This document shows positions 53,201 to 64,000 of a stretch of DNA of 64,000 nucleotides, piece by piece. The stretch is from Antedon mediterranea (taxonomy: Eukaryota > Animalia > Echinodermata). The stretch's first letter is position 1. Every line of letters begins with the position of its first letter. The stretch lies in assembly GCF_964355755.1 (NCBI RefSeq), contig NC_092672.1, positions 18,241,237 through 18,305,236 of the forward strand, read 5' to 3'. Made by a program: the position numbers and the translations under genes. Below the pieces are notes generated by a model, which saw nothing but the letters and a program-made list of their open reading frames with translations, was not told the DNA's origin and did not search any database.

Positions 53201-53876
53201 TTTTTTTTATTAGATACCTTGTATTTACATGTCTTTATATGATAGTTTACTTTAAATTTAGTGCCTAAATTTAGGGGCGGCTGTTGTAAAGATTTATGTC
53301 GTCCGTTGAGGGCGCATATTATAATATGCTTCGAGTATCGGACGATGGTGTGCGTGCACCCGTTCGCAGTTAATGTCATATAAACATGCCTGTAGCGTTC
53401 CAATCACCATATTATTATGTAAATTATAGTGTTTTGGTGAGTTCTGAAATATTATTAACCTTATTACTTGTTTTTATATAAACCAGGAATCCTGGTAATA
53501 GGCTGTAATTGTTGATAAAAAGATTTTAAAAGTTATATTTTAGTCAGTTTAGGTGACGTCTTCTCTAGGCCGACGCACGTTGTTTTCATTGTTTTGTACT
53601 CTGCGAGAGCCTCTCTCTCTATTGTAACTTATCCGTTTCCATTTATTTTGTATTTGTAGTGATGAATGAACACAAGCACACACGCACACGCACACACCCA
53701 CATTGCCAAATAGCCACATTGACACCTTGTCAATTTGCAACCTCATCACCTATACTGTGGAGGATTACCTATTAAAAGATACCTTGAGTTTTACACGCCG
53801 ACTACTTTGTTTCATTCTGTCTGTCATTCTACCCACTTACTACCGAACCAGATAAAACAGTACATACATTTCTACA
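47206..53876 (+). mobile_element. BEL/Pao retrotransposon 4, full-length and nearly intact. LTRs 47206-47843 and 53282-53876; PBS tRNA-Tyr 47844-47860; PPT ~53273-53281
   Basis: TG...CA LTRs are nearly identical apart from a ~46-bp deletion and a 3-bp insertion in the 3' copy; 5-bp TSD AATTG; PBS tggtccctcgagccgga. Confidence 0.97.
47866..53188 (+). CDS. BEL-4 gag-pol polyprotein (gag with three Cys/His knuckles, protease, RT, RNase H, integrase); one in-frame TAG at 51184-51186 and a late frameshift near 53138
   Basis: ORFs 47866-51186 and 51298-53268 share a frame, and the gap reads RRYLTLKDATHQLHVFCDSSERAYG. Motifs CPYC..EHFLGGC, VLDGGS, GDIKAMFHQV, FYVDN, MPRLELCAA, GIDCFGP/SDCGTNF/WER. 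The canonical end YVRPVVKLIKLPELQ* lies in a shifted frame. Confidence 0.9.
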
Positions 53877-54109
53877 AATTGCAAGATCTGTTTTGTGCAT
53901 ATGAAGGGAAAAGCAAATAGGTATAGGACCGTAGAATATTTCAAGGTATTGTTGCGGCAGCCAAATTTGCATATCGCTTGCCCGGTGTGGCGAAGCGTCA
54001 TCTAGCGTGGTTTGTGAAATGTTAGGCACTCAATCTCTTGACATCATTGCATTGAGTCATTAATTCCCACAGCCAATTGTGCGGGACATCTAGGAGTGAT
54101 TGTTTAGAG

Positions 54110-54842
54110 CTTATTTATTGGTCTGTCTGTCTGTCGGTCCGGTATCACTATGCGTTTTATCGCTTTCTGACCTTATCTTGATATCAGTTTAATCTAGCTA
54201 GGTCAATTTTTCACAGTATATTCCTTATGGCCAGGAATCAATGTGGTTATGTTTTCACGGTGCGCAATAAAAAATTACGCGGTCTACGCACGATTCAACG
54301 AAATCACGTTTGTAATCATATCTTCACAACCATGAATCACAATTAAATAAAATTTGGTACTCATAAATTTCAGGGCATAAATCATCATATGGCAATACAA
54401 TTACGTGCGTAGCGCATGTAACGCATGCGTACGCGCGCTTAACATTTTCAAAATTTATTTTCGATGAAATAAGAGTACATTTCAGGCAATTTTAAGCGTT
54501 TACAAAATTGCCATGAGTGCGCATATTTTTGCGCGCGCACTGCGCGTTAAATGTTATTGCGCACTCTTTTTGCCCGATTTCTGTTTTCTTGACTTACTTT
54601 TCAACTCGAAATTACGTTATACGAGCACGTCGAAAGTGACAGGCTACGCACGTGTAAATTTAAAAAAAATAAATGTTTTTAAACATTTCAACATTTTTAA
54701 ACATGTTCAGTAATTTCGGTCAGTATAGTTCACTATGTCGGTCGGTCGGTCTCTCTGTCTGTCTGTCTGTCGGTCGGTCTGTCTGTCGGTCCGGTATCAC
54801 TATGCATTGTAGCACGCGACTTAATGGCTGTTGGCCTTGTTC
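54110..54842. mobile_element. HINE-type non-autonomous element
   Basis: (GTCT/GTCG)n microsatellites each followed by ggtccggtatcactatgc (twice); terminal tagcacgcgactta..tggccttgtt. Confidence 0.6.
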
Positions 54843-54859
54843 TAATACCAGAGAATGTT

Positions 54860-55907
54860 TTTAGCAGGTTTCAATAACTATATTGGTGATTAGTTCGGAG
54901 AATGTCACATTCATCAAGTACCCAATGCAAAGAACCTGGGTATTTTTCTTGACTCATCAATGAGCATGAGTAGGCAGATATCTAAAATCACCAGCACTTC
55001 AACTTTTCAAATGCGCAATATTAAGAGGATAGGAAAATACCTTTCCAGAGATGCGACAGAGCAAGTGGTACTTGCTTTTGTGACCTCATGTTTGGATTTT
55101 GGAAATTCTGTCCTTCATGGTATTACTAAGGGAAGTATCCAGCACCTCAAACTGTTGAAGAATACAGCTGCTAGGATTATAACATGTGTTACCTTCTTCC
55201 ATCAATGCTTGCTTAACATGAATGATCTTAATATCAAAGCTTTCGTTACATTTTCCTCAGACAATAATGGTCGTGCAACAAGAACATCTGTTGATGACCT
55301 CAATCTTACTGTTAGATATGGTCATACTGAATCACATAAATGGATGTATTTACAACGCATTGTTCCCATGTGGAATCAGTTAGATCAAGATACTAGAGAA
55401 GCACCTACGTCTTACAGGTTTAAGCTAGGGGCTAACAAATATTTCAACGACTTATTTACCAATACGTATGAAACTGGCAATATGTGCACATGGGTGTCCT
55501 GTTGTCGCTGCTGTAAAAGTCGACCAACTTAGTTTAATCTTAAATAATACAAATTTATAAATTACTATTACGGTACCGTATATATAAACTTTTTTACTCA
55601 TTGTGCAATTTGGGATTGGACCGTCCTAGAGGTGTTTACCACCTGTTGGTCCCATCCTTCAAGAGTGCGCTTAAGACACATCTGCTGTCGGTTGCTTTTG
55701 GCAATTTGTAAGATTTTTAAATTGTTTAGCTATACCCACATCAATGAGAACACCTGTAAGTTATGTACTGGCTGGTTTATGCACCTTAAATTGCTGGTAA
55801 ACGGAAGCAGTGATGTGGGTTCGATTGGTTTTCACAAGCGCCTTGAGCACTTTTGTGGATATGTGCGCTGTATAAGTCTTCTTATTATTATTATTATTAT
55901 TATTATC
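54860..55907 (+). mobile_element. L2-clade LINE 3' end interrupted by a CR1-clade 3' fragment (~55190-55655)
   Basis: L2: AKNLGIFLDSSMSM..QI...RNIKRI.KYL...VLAFVTS.LDFGNSVL.G...NTAARII, resuming as FKSALKTHL, then the tail aagcgccttgagcac...gcgctgtataagt(tat)n. CR1-like: YLQRIVPMWNQL...CTWVSCCRC plus a 3' stem-loop. Confidence 0.75.
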
Positions 55908-56429
55908 GCATTGAGACTTGTTACAGTGACAATGATTAGGTAACGGAAGTCGATGGAGTGCTATAATAGTAAAGACTGGAACATTTCGACACAAACGTTG
56001 TGCTCCTTCAAATACAAATAATTTTTTTTTCCAAATAATGTCTGCTATTATTATTTCCAAATTTACCATCATTTAGAAAGCAAGCTTTAGCCCGTAATGG
56101 ATATACAAGCAGACTTGTACCAAGAGGTGATCAAATATGAAAATAATGACACATGAAGAATCTTCGCAAACAGTTAGAAACTTAAAGAAACAGATAGAGA
56201 AAGGGAAGTCAGAAATACAAAAGAAAAATTGAAAGAGCATGGATTGCGAGGTGATTACAGAGCCTTAGCTTATAACTTAAAACAAGCAGGGGAGAATGGT
56301 CTATTAGATGACAATAATACGGAATTTGGTATAGCCCAAATCATTTATTTCCTACCTATTCCTATAATGTAGCAGGCCAAATAAGACTAAGTTCTGATTA
56401 GCTCTTTTTCTGTACGTGTAACGCTATAT

Positions 56430-59400
56430 TGTGGTAAAAAACTTATCCAGGGACCTACTAGGTATCTAGCACCCTTGGTTTTGATTTTGACGGAGCAGGA
56501 CGTGTTGCGTTGATTGGGCGCTACCTGTCATAAACATAAACCCTCTTTATTTAATTTAGTGTACGTACTGTACATGTGTGGGCCTAAAGCGAGCAGACTG
56601 AACGAGAGGAACCTGAGAACCTGATGATAGGCTAAGCGAGATTAAATTTCCCATCTGTCCGTAAATAAACTAGGGTGTGGGACTCTTCCGGTGGTCCGTT
56701 TATTAGAAGGAGCATACTCCTTCCGATAAGCCGAGCATCTTATCTTTAACTTTATAATAAATGTTCTGAACACGCTTTTGTAGTATACAGCGCTAGCTGT
56801 CACGTGAAACATAACACGTTGTTGCTTAGTTATACCTTTATACAATCGAGTGATTCAATTAAAAGTTTACTGTTAAAGAGCTGTTTTAGTAGTTTGTTGT
56901 TTCCGAACATCACATAATTGGCGACGAGGATTTTATCCAATATACAAAGAACACTATCAAGAACGTATCATTACTTACTTGGGCTACAAGTTAGGCACAA
57001 AATTTTCTTTTAGGCCATCAGCATGTAGGCCTACAGTAGAATTAACATCACCGATCAGCGAAGTGATTGCATTGCAGTACTGGCGAGGACGCGCATCATA
57101 TTCACACTTAGCAACCACAGTAGGCTAACAACCACGTGAGTTTTCAGTACTAGTACTAGTACTATCTGAACTCACGGAAACGGCACCAACTAGGTGGGAA
57201 CGCTGGCTTAAGCGTTTTGATAATTTTCTCATCGCTAAGGCAATTACCGATGACGGACGGAAACGAGCAATGTTACTCCACCTAGGAGGAGAAGATGTGT
57301 TTGAAATAAGTGAAACTCACACGACGGGGAACGAAACTTATCTAGAAACAAAAGCAAAAAATTGACAACATACTTTGCACCTAAACGTAATGTTGAATAT
57401 GAAGTGTTCATGTTCAGGCAAGCTGCCCAGCACCCCACTGAATTGCTGGACAAATACTATGCTATGTTGTGCCAACTAGCAAAGAACTGTGAGTTCCAGG
57501 ATAAGGAAGCGGAAATAAAATCGCATATTATACAACGCTGTCAACTTGTAAAGGTCCGCAACAAGGGCTTAAGTGAAGCAAACATGACACTAAAAGCATT
57601 ACTTACATTTGGTCGAACTCTAGAAGCCACCCAGGTACAAGCAAAAGCAATGGCGGGAGGTGTAGAGACAGAAAAAACTATACATGTGGTAGAACACAAA
57701 CAGAAGTACTACTAACCTCGAAAACCGAAATATGGAGGGAAGCAAGGAGGTAAACATAAAGCAAAGCCAGAAACAAGTAACCGTCGTTGCACAGGATGTG
57801 GAGGTTGTCATGGTACGGAGAAGCGTGATAAAGTTTGCCCAGCCTGGGGAAAACAATGTCATAAATGTAAACGATCAAACCATTTTGCTTCAGTTTGCAA
57901 GGCAACCACACCGGCAAATAAGATGCACATGATACAAACGGAAACAGAGATTCCGATGCAATCGGCAACGGCAGCAGCCATTGATGTTGATGAGTATGGA
58001 TTTCCTTTATTTAAATCTGATACCTTAGGAAAATATGTGAAGCCTTATGTGCGCTGTTACACTTAATGGTGTACCAGTAATGATGGAAATAAGAAGAAAA
58101 GTTACAATCTTCCATTGTTGATAGTACCTCTGGCAAGGGTCCAAGTTTACTTGGCAGAGACTGGCTACAACAAATGAAAGTAAATTGGGCAACCGTACAT
58201 CATCTGGACAAACTTGACTATACATAGATCTTTCCAGAGCTTTTAAAAAATGAACTTGGTACGCTAAAAGGTAATAAAGCAAAATTGTGGATTGATAAGG
58301 AAGTACAACCCAGATTCTTTAAAGCTAGACCAGTTCCACATGCACTCTTTAAAGTAGAGTCTGAACTGGATAGATTAGTAGCAGAAGGGGTAATTAAACC
58401 AGTAGAATTCGCAGATTGGGCTGCACCTATTGTCCCTGTTCTAAAAGCTAATGGGATGTGCAAATTTTTGGCAATTACAAGCTTACTGTTAACGTTTCTG
58501 CAAAAGTGGACAGATATCCAATTCCAAACATCGAAGACCTTTATACCAACTCCAAGTTGGATCTCAGTCATGCTTATCAACAAATTGAGTTTGACGAGGG
58601 GTCCCAAAAACTAACAACAATCAACACAACAAAGGGGTTGTTTGTTTACACCAGGATGTGTTATGGTATCTCATCAGCACCCGGTGTATTGCAACGCTTG
58701 ATGGAATAAATCGTACAAGGAATTCCGATGATTGCAGTGTACTTAGACGATGTGTTAGTGACAGGATCTTCACAGGACTACGCTTAAAACGAGAAAAGTG
58801 TACGTTTATGCAGGAGTCATGTGTGTATCTAGGGCATAAACTAGATGCTGAAGGGGTACACCCAACTAAAGAGAAAGTGCAGGCAGTGGCACAGGCACCT
58901 ATCCCAAAGAACACTTCAGAACTGAAAAGTTACTTGGGTATGATAAATAATTATCATCGATTCTTGCGAAACCTCAGTACTGCTTTGGCACCACTAAATA
59001 ATCTTCTGCGCATGATGTCAAATGGAGATGGAGCGCAAACGAACAGAGAGCATTTGAGTTGTCGAAGAACATGCTACAATCTTCTCAAGTAATTATCCAT
59101 TACAATCCAGCCCTACCATTACTCCTCAGCTGTGATGCATCACCATACAGCATTGGCGCTGTGCTGTCTCATAGAATGCCTGATGGGACAGACAAGCCTG
59201 TAGCTTTCGTCTCTCGATCTCTTTTGAAGGCAGAAGCAAACTATGCCAACATTGAGAGAAAAGGGCTAGCAATCATTTTTGAAATTACAAAGTTCCTGTA
59301 TTGTAGGGAATTCATCATCCAGACAGATCATAAGCCATTGTTAGGCTTACTGAAAGAAGACAAACTAGTTTCAACCATGGCTAGTGCAAGAATCCAAAGA

Positions 59401-59960
59401 TGGACCTTGAAATTGGCTAATTACGACTATACATTGCAGTACAAGCCTGGTACCCAGAACGGCAATGCAGATGGTCTCAGTAGACTGCCGTTGGCCACTG
59501 TGCCAGCTACTGTTCCTGTTCCAGAGGAAATTGTGTTCTCAATGAACTTGCTGACAGCACCGCAGATACGAAATGGACAGCAAGAGATCCATTGTTGTCA
59601 GCAGTCCTAAAATATACAGGCCAAGGTTGGCATTTCGGGGTTAGAGAAGAATTCAAAACGTACCATCGCAAGAAGGGTGTACTTTCCACACAGAAAGGAT
59701 GTTTATTTTGGGGTTCAAGAGTGATAATCCCAGCTGAAGGCCGAGAAATACTACTGTCAGAATTACATTGCATTGTGCGGATGAAATCATTGGCAAGGAG
59801 TTATATTTGGTGGCCTAATCTTGATATGGACATAGAAATTACTGTTCGGAGATGCCCTACTTGTCAGCAGTACGGGAAAGCACCACCAAAAGCAAATCTG
59901 CATCCATGGGAGTGGCCAGGAAACATATTTGAAGGGAAAATGATACTAGTTATAGTTGAA
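56430..59960 (+). mobile_element. Ty3/Gypsy (Mag-type) LTR retrotransposon, degenerate and 3'-truncated. 5' LTR ~56430-56914; PBS tRNA-Ser(GCT) 56919-56931
   Basis: PBS tggcgacgaggat after ...atcaca. Gag W..WLKRFDNF, YFAPKRNVEYEVFMFRQ and CHKCKRSNHFASVC; pol PRFFKARPVP, WAAPIVPV, LDLSHAYQQ, YLDD, CDASPYSIGAVL, TDHKPL, MKSLARSYIWWP, LHPWEWP. No 3' LTR. Confidence 0.9.
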
Positions 59961-60299
59961 AAAAATAACAATTGTTTTGATGATCATCACAGATTTATGA
60001 TACTAATAATTATGACTACAAAGTAGCTAATGATATTGATAATTGATTTTAACAGACTTTATATTCAATTCACTTTTATTTCAGAACAAAGTCCATATCG
60101 TAACAAATAACAATATTCAATAAATAGATGCAAGTAAAGTAGTATACCACATGTCGCACATAATAATGCCGTCGGAAAACCGTCAACTAGGAGTGAAAAA
60201 AAACCACCATTTTTATGGCTACTGATACAAGTTAACATACGTAAAAGTATACATGAAATTATGTTCAATCCATTTTCTGTTCAACTTTGAATCTTTTAG

Positions 60300-60691
60300 A
60301 ATTTGAGAAAAAACACATGTTATTAAAGTATTACAGCTTTTTTAAATTTTTGTTTTGAAACAAAAAATTGATTTTCGAATGTACTCATAGAAAGAGGGAA
60401 CATGGTTATCAACAAACATTGCACTAGCACTACAGCTCCTTGAGCGTCTTAAAATCTTTCTAAATGCGTTATTATAACAGACCTGTAATGACTTCATAGT
60501 TTTTACATTAAAATCGCACCATAAGGCCGCACAATACATACTAATACAGTATGACTTAAACAAAGTAATCTTAACATCCGTTGAGCATTTACTAAATTTT
60601 CTACAAAGAGAGTTACCTCTAATACATAATGATCGATATTGCCTTTTAATATCCAGTTCGTCCCTAGTATCATTACTAATAACACAACCAA
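60300..60691 (-). mobile_element. LINE 3' fragment, same family as 43170-44410
   Basis: GCVISND..DELDIKRQ...RGNSL.RKF.KCSTDVKITLFKSYC...VCYNNAFRKIL..SRSCSASAMFV. Confidence 0.8.
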
Positions 60692-62135
60692 CCCAGGTAG
60701 CAAGCCCATATGGGGCCCATCCCATATGGGAAATCCAATATTTAAAAAATAAAGACCCCATATGGGATATCCCATATGGGTTTGCCCCATGATAAACCAA
60801 TGTGGCACCCATCTGCCAAAAATCTGGGCTGATATGTATGGGCAAGCCCATATATATTCAGTTCTATATGCGACCCATCTGCCAAACATCTAGGGTAATA
60901 CATATGGGCAAGCCCATATATAATCTATATGGGACCCATCTGCCAAACGTCTGGGCTAATACATATGGGCCAGCCCATATCTAATATATATGGGACCCAT
61001 CTACCAAAAATATGGGATAATGCATATGGGCAAGCCCATACATATTCTATATGCGACCCATCTGACAAACATCTGGGCTAATAATAAGCCAATACATAAT
61101 CTATATGAGACCCATCTGCCAAAAATCTGGGGGTAATGCATATGGGCAAGCCCATATATAATCGATATGAGACCCATCTGCCAAACATCTGGGCTAATAT
61201 ATAAGGGCAAGCCCGTACCTAATCTAGATGGAACCCAGCTGCCAAAAATCTGGGCTAATACATATGGTTAAGCCCATATATAATTGATATGGGACCCATC
61301 TGCCAAACTTCTGGGCTAATACATATGGGCAAGCCAATACCTAATCTATATGGGACCCATCTGCCAAAATACTGGGCATATATAATCGATATGGGAACCA
61401 TCTGCCAAACATCTGGGGTAATAGGCCTACATATGGGCAAGCTCGTTAAGGGACCCATCTGCTAAACATCTAGGGTAATACATATGGACAAGCCCATATA
61501 TAATCTATATGGGACCCATCTGCCAAAATACTGGGCTAATACAGATGGGTAAGCCCATATCTAATCTATATGGGACCCATCTACCAAACATCTGGGGTTA
61601 TACATGGGTAAGCCCATATGTAATCTACATGGGACCCAGCTGCCAAACATCTTGGGTAATAAATATGGGACGCATCTGCCAAAATATGGGGTAATGCATA
61701 TGGAAAAGCCCATATATAATCGATATTGGACCCATCTACCAAACATCTGGGCTAATACAGATGGGTAAGCCCATATCTAATCGATATAGGTCCCATCTGC
61801 CAAACCTCTGGGGTAATACATATGGGCAAGCCCATATATAATCTATATAGAACCCATCTGCCAAACATCTGGAGTAATACATACGGGCAAGCCCATATAT
61901 ATTCCATATGGGACCCATCTGCCAACAATCTGGGGTAATACCAGGCCCCACCCATATATAATCTATATGGGACCCACATGCCAAACATCTGATGTAATAC
62001 ATGGGCAAACCCATATAAAATCTATGGGACGCATCTCCCTATCTGGGCTAAAATACATAATAGACAAGTTCATATAATTGTTCCCATCTGCTGAACATAT
62101 TGGCAAGCTGATGTATAATATATGGGACCCATCTT
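60692..62135. repeat. Tandem array of about 20 diverged ~61-bp palindrome-rich units, probably the subterminal array of a CCCAG-terminated DNA transposon
   Basis: Consensus gggacccatctgccaaacatctgggctaatacatatgggcaagcccatatataatctatat. It begins abruptly with cccaggtagca inside a LINE ORF. Confidence 0.85.
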
Positions 62136-62764
62136 GCATACATATCTGTGCTTACACAAACATTAAACAACCTTTCCCAATAATTTAAAATGTAACATGA
62201 ATTGTACACATTTTGACAAAATTGTCCTATTATTGGAAAACATTAATTCAAATATAACATTTACAAAGTATAGTTTCTCAAATACGTCCATTTGAGTCAA
62301 TCAAGTTGAATAAAACAAAATTTATTAAGAAGTGTATTCTTAAAACCTCCGTTTATTTGAACTTGGGTGATAAACTTTAAAGCTGGGATGAATCATCATC
62401 ATCTACAGTTGGTGTTTTGTTTGAGATTATAAGTTCATGAAACAATTGAATTGAAAACAAAACTATTTTAAGTACTTTATTACAGTAGATAAAAGTTCAA
62501 TTAATGATCAAATATGCAATTTAAATTGTATTGTCTTATAAAAATGTTTCTATAATAATATAACAATACGACACAAAATATTAAGTGTGATAAAATATAA
62601 AAATGTCTCAAATGGTAGAAAAACTGTACAAATAATAATATATGTATAATCAATTCTTGGGTTTACCATCAATAGCTGCGCCTGAAAATGCTAGACCGTA
62701 AGAATTAAGTATCTTAAAGTTTTAGTAGGCCTAGGCCTATACAAATTATAATTTGAAAAGACTC

Positions 62765-63000
62765 AAGTGGTCGCGTCATCTAACGTCACAGCCAATCACC
62801 GGCACTCTACGCGGCCATACTCGTATCCGGCCCTGGGACTGGTCAGTGGCGAGTGACGTCACGGCCAGTCCCCCGCACGCGGGGGGCGTAATTTTTTTTT
62901 CCAGGACGAACGTGGGCAATTTACATAAATGGGCGTGGCTTAACCCCCAACTACTCTCGCGCATGCGCGTATTGTCTAAAAAAAGTTTTACTTTAAGTAG
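62765..63000 (+). promoter_or_regulatory. CpG-rich Pol II promoter-like segment
   Basis: Local GC/CpG peak with CCAAT (agccaatca), CRE (tgacgtca), GC-box-like (gggggcg, gggcgtggc) and NRF1-like (gcgcatgcgc) motifs, then gATGGCG and a CAG|GTAAAT donor. Confidence 0.55.
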
Positions 63001-63017
63001 AGAGAGTATGCAGAGAG

Positions 63018-63083
63018 ATGGCGAGTTGTTTAGCTGGGAATGCTTGCGCTGATCTAAAACTCGATACATGTCCTCGATTGCAG
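63018..63083 (+). CDS. Putative first coding exon of an unidentified gene (MASCLAGNACADLKLDTCPRLQ)
   Basis: ATG in good context (GAGATGG), 22 open codons ending exactly at a GT donor, downstream of the promoter-like island. No recognisable homology. Confidence 0.35.
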
Positions 63084-64000
63084 GTAAATTTTATCTCATC
63101 TTGTTTGAATGATGCATTGTTTTTCATGGGAGCTTATTAAGTTATTTTTTGACCCAAAATGTTCAACGAATTTCACAAAAAATGCAGTAGAATTGGTCTC
63201 ACACAATCGATCGGTAGCCTAGTTCAGGTAGTGCATGGAGGTATAACTCCATGGGTAGTGTGTGTAGTGTTTGTTGTATACACAATAAATTACATGCGCG
63301 TGTACACTGTTACTTGTTGTACGACTACCTATATAGGCCTACTCTAGTTATACTCATACATATAGATGTTGAAATGTTGTATAAATCTCATGGTATTAAA
63401 ACAATCACCCCAGTGTGTCATTCGGGCTGCAGCGTGGTCTGTGTGGCATACTGCTGGATAATGTGTGTAATGTAAAAAATGGTTCTGAAGCAGAAATAAA
63501 CAAATGAGAACAGGGTACCATATGTATAATTACATGGTATATGTAGATCTGTCCATAACCTATGACATCTTTCCCAGCCCAGTAGAGCATAGCCCTACAT
63601 ATTAAAAGCAAGTCATTTGCTTTTAAAAAGGACAACGTTTGGCTTGATAATGGGTTCATTACTACAAGTACAACACTTAATTTCATCATAAACACACCCC
63701 TTTTAATATTATTCTTTCTTTAGAGTTTTGGATTGCAACAACAAGGACAAACAAGTAAAATACATACACGTTTGTTTTCGTCATAAGATGTTGGTTGCTC
63801 TAGACCTGTATTTTGTTGAATGTTTTGAGGTCTGTCACATCACCAGCATACTGATTAAGGCCATTTTTATGCCATTAAAGCCATCTGATTATAAATTAAT
63901 TTCTCTTACAGATAATACTTCCAGAATTGCAATCAGGTCACAAGTATAAAATTTGCCACTATGAAGAAAACTGAAATTCAATGCTATGTACCCTAAGGTT

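Larger units (their letters stand above)
45527..54092 (+). mobile_element. Academ(X)-type DNA transposon relic 2 with XPG/FEN1-like nuclease region; pieces 45527-47205 and 53882-~54092 are split by two MITEs and BEL-4
   Basis: GKFSVRQTPGKFKGIWTDMGVETTIIKESKSNSGIIGLT; STHTEADTRMLL; D.DVLVLLTHY; LPAAHSLTECDTVSSLFGVGKKT; KLPPCEASFLQHVKRASWQTKTW..P.LPNPIGNGWE; LQDLFC tail after the BEL TSD. Confidence 0.8.

Noticed and set aside
56090-56340. Coding-like purine-rich stretch (KLKEHGLRGDYRALAYNLKQAGENGLLDD)
   Set aside because: It is short and interrupted with no recognisable family; probably an old TE fragment.
60503-62014. Several 60-130 aa ORFs rich in MG/WV/PIC
   Set aside because: They are translations of the tandem array.
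60692-62135. CRISPR-like appearance of regularly spaced palindromic repeats with a ~61-bp period
   Set aside because: The intervening sequences are themselves repeated rather than unique spacers, there are no cas genes, and the context is eukaryotic.
63027-63040. tgtttagctggg|aa as the right terminus of the CCCAG element starting at 60692
   Set aside because: The TIR match is poor, there is no mirrored array, and the interrupted LINE does not resume after it.

Overview
AT-rich animal genomic DNA with spliceosomal introns. It is probably a marine invertebrate deuterostome such as an echinoderm, which I infer from composition and repeat content only. The first ~9 kb holds two convergent host genes. 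One is the last two coding exons of a rabphilin-3A/Doc2-type C2B-domain gene (+). The other is an intact, at least 7-exon gene (-) for a ~525-aa FAD-dependent oxidoreductase resembling bacterial CrtU (carotenoid phi-ring/isorenieratene synthase); it has a signal-peptide-like N-terminus and 12 N-glycosylation sequons. The remaining ~53 kb is a deeply nested transposon cluster. It contains two shattered Academ(X)-type DNA transposons, two Gypsy and four BEL/Pao LTR retrotransposons (all six on +, one nearly intact), LINE fragments, many TIR MITEs with readable target-site duplications, a 61-bp palindromic tandem array, and a CpG-rich promoter-like segment near the right end. No prokaryotic features, rRNA, tRNA or CRISPR were found. 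All family assignments come from motif recognition by eye, not database searches.
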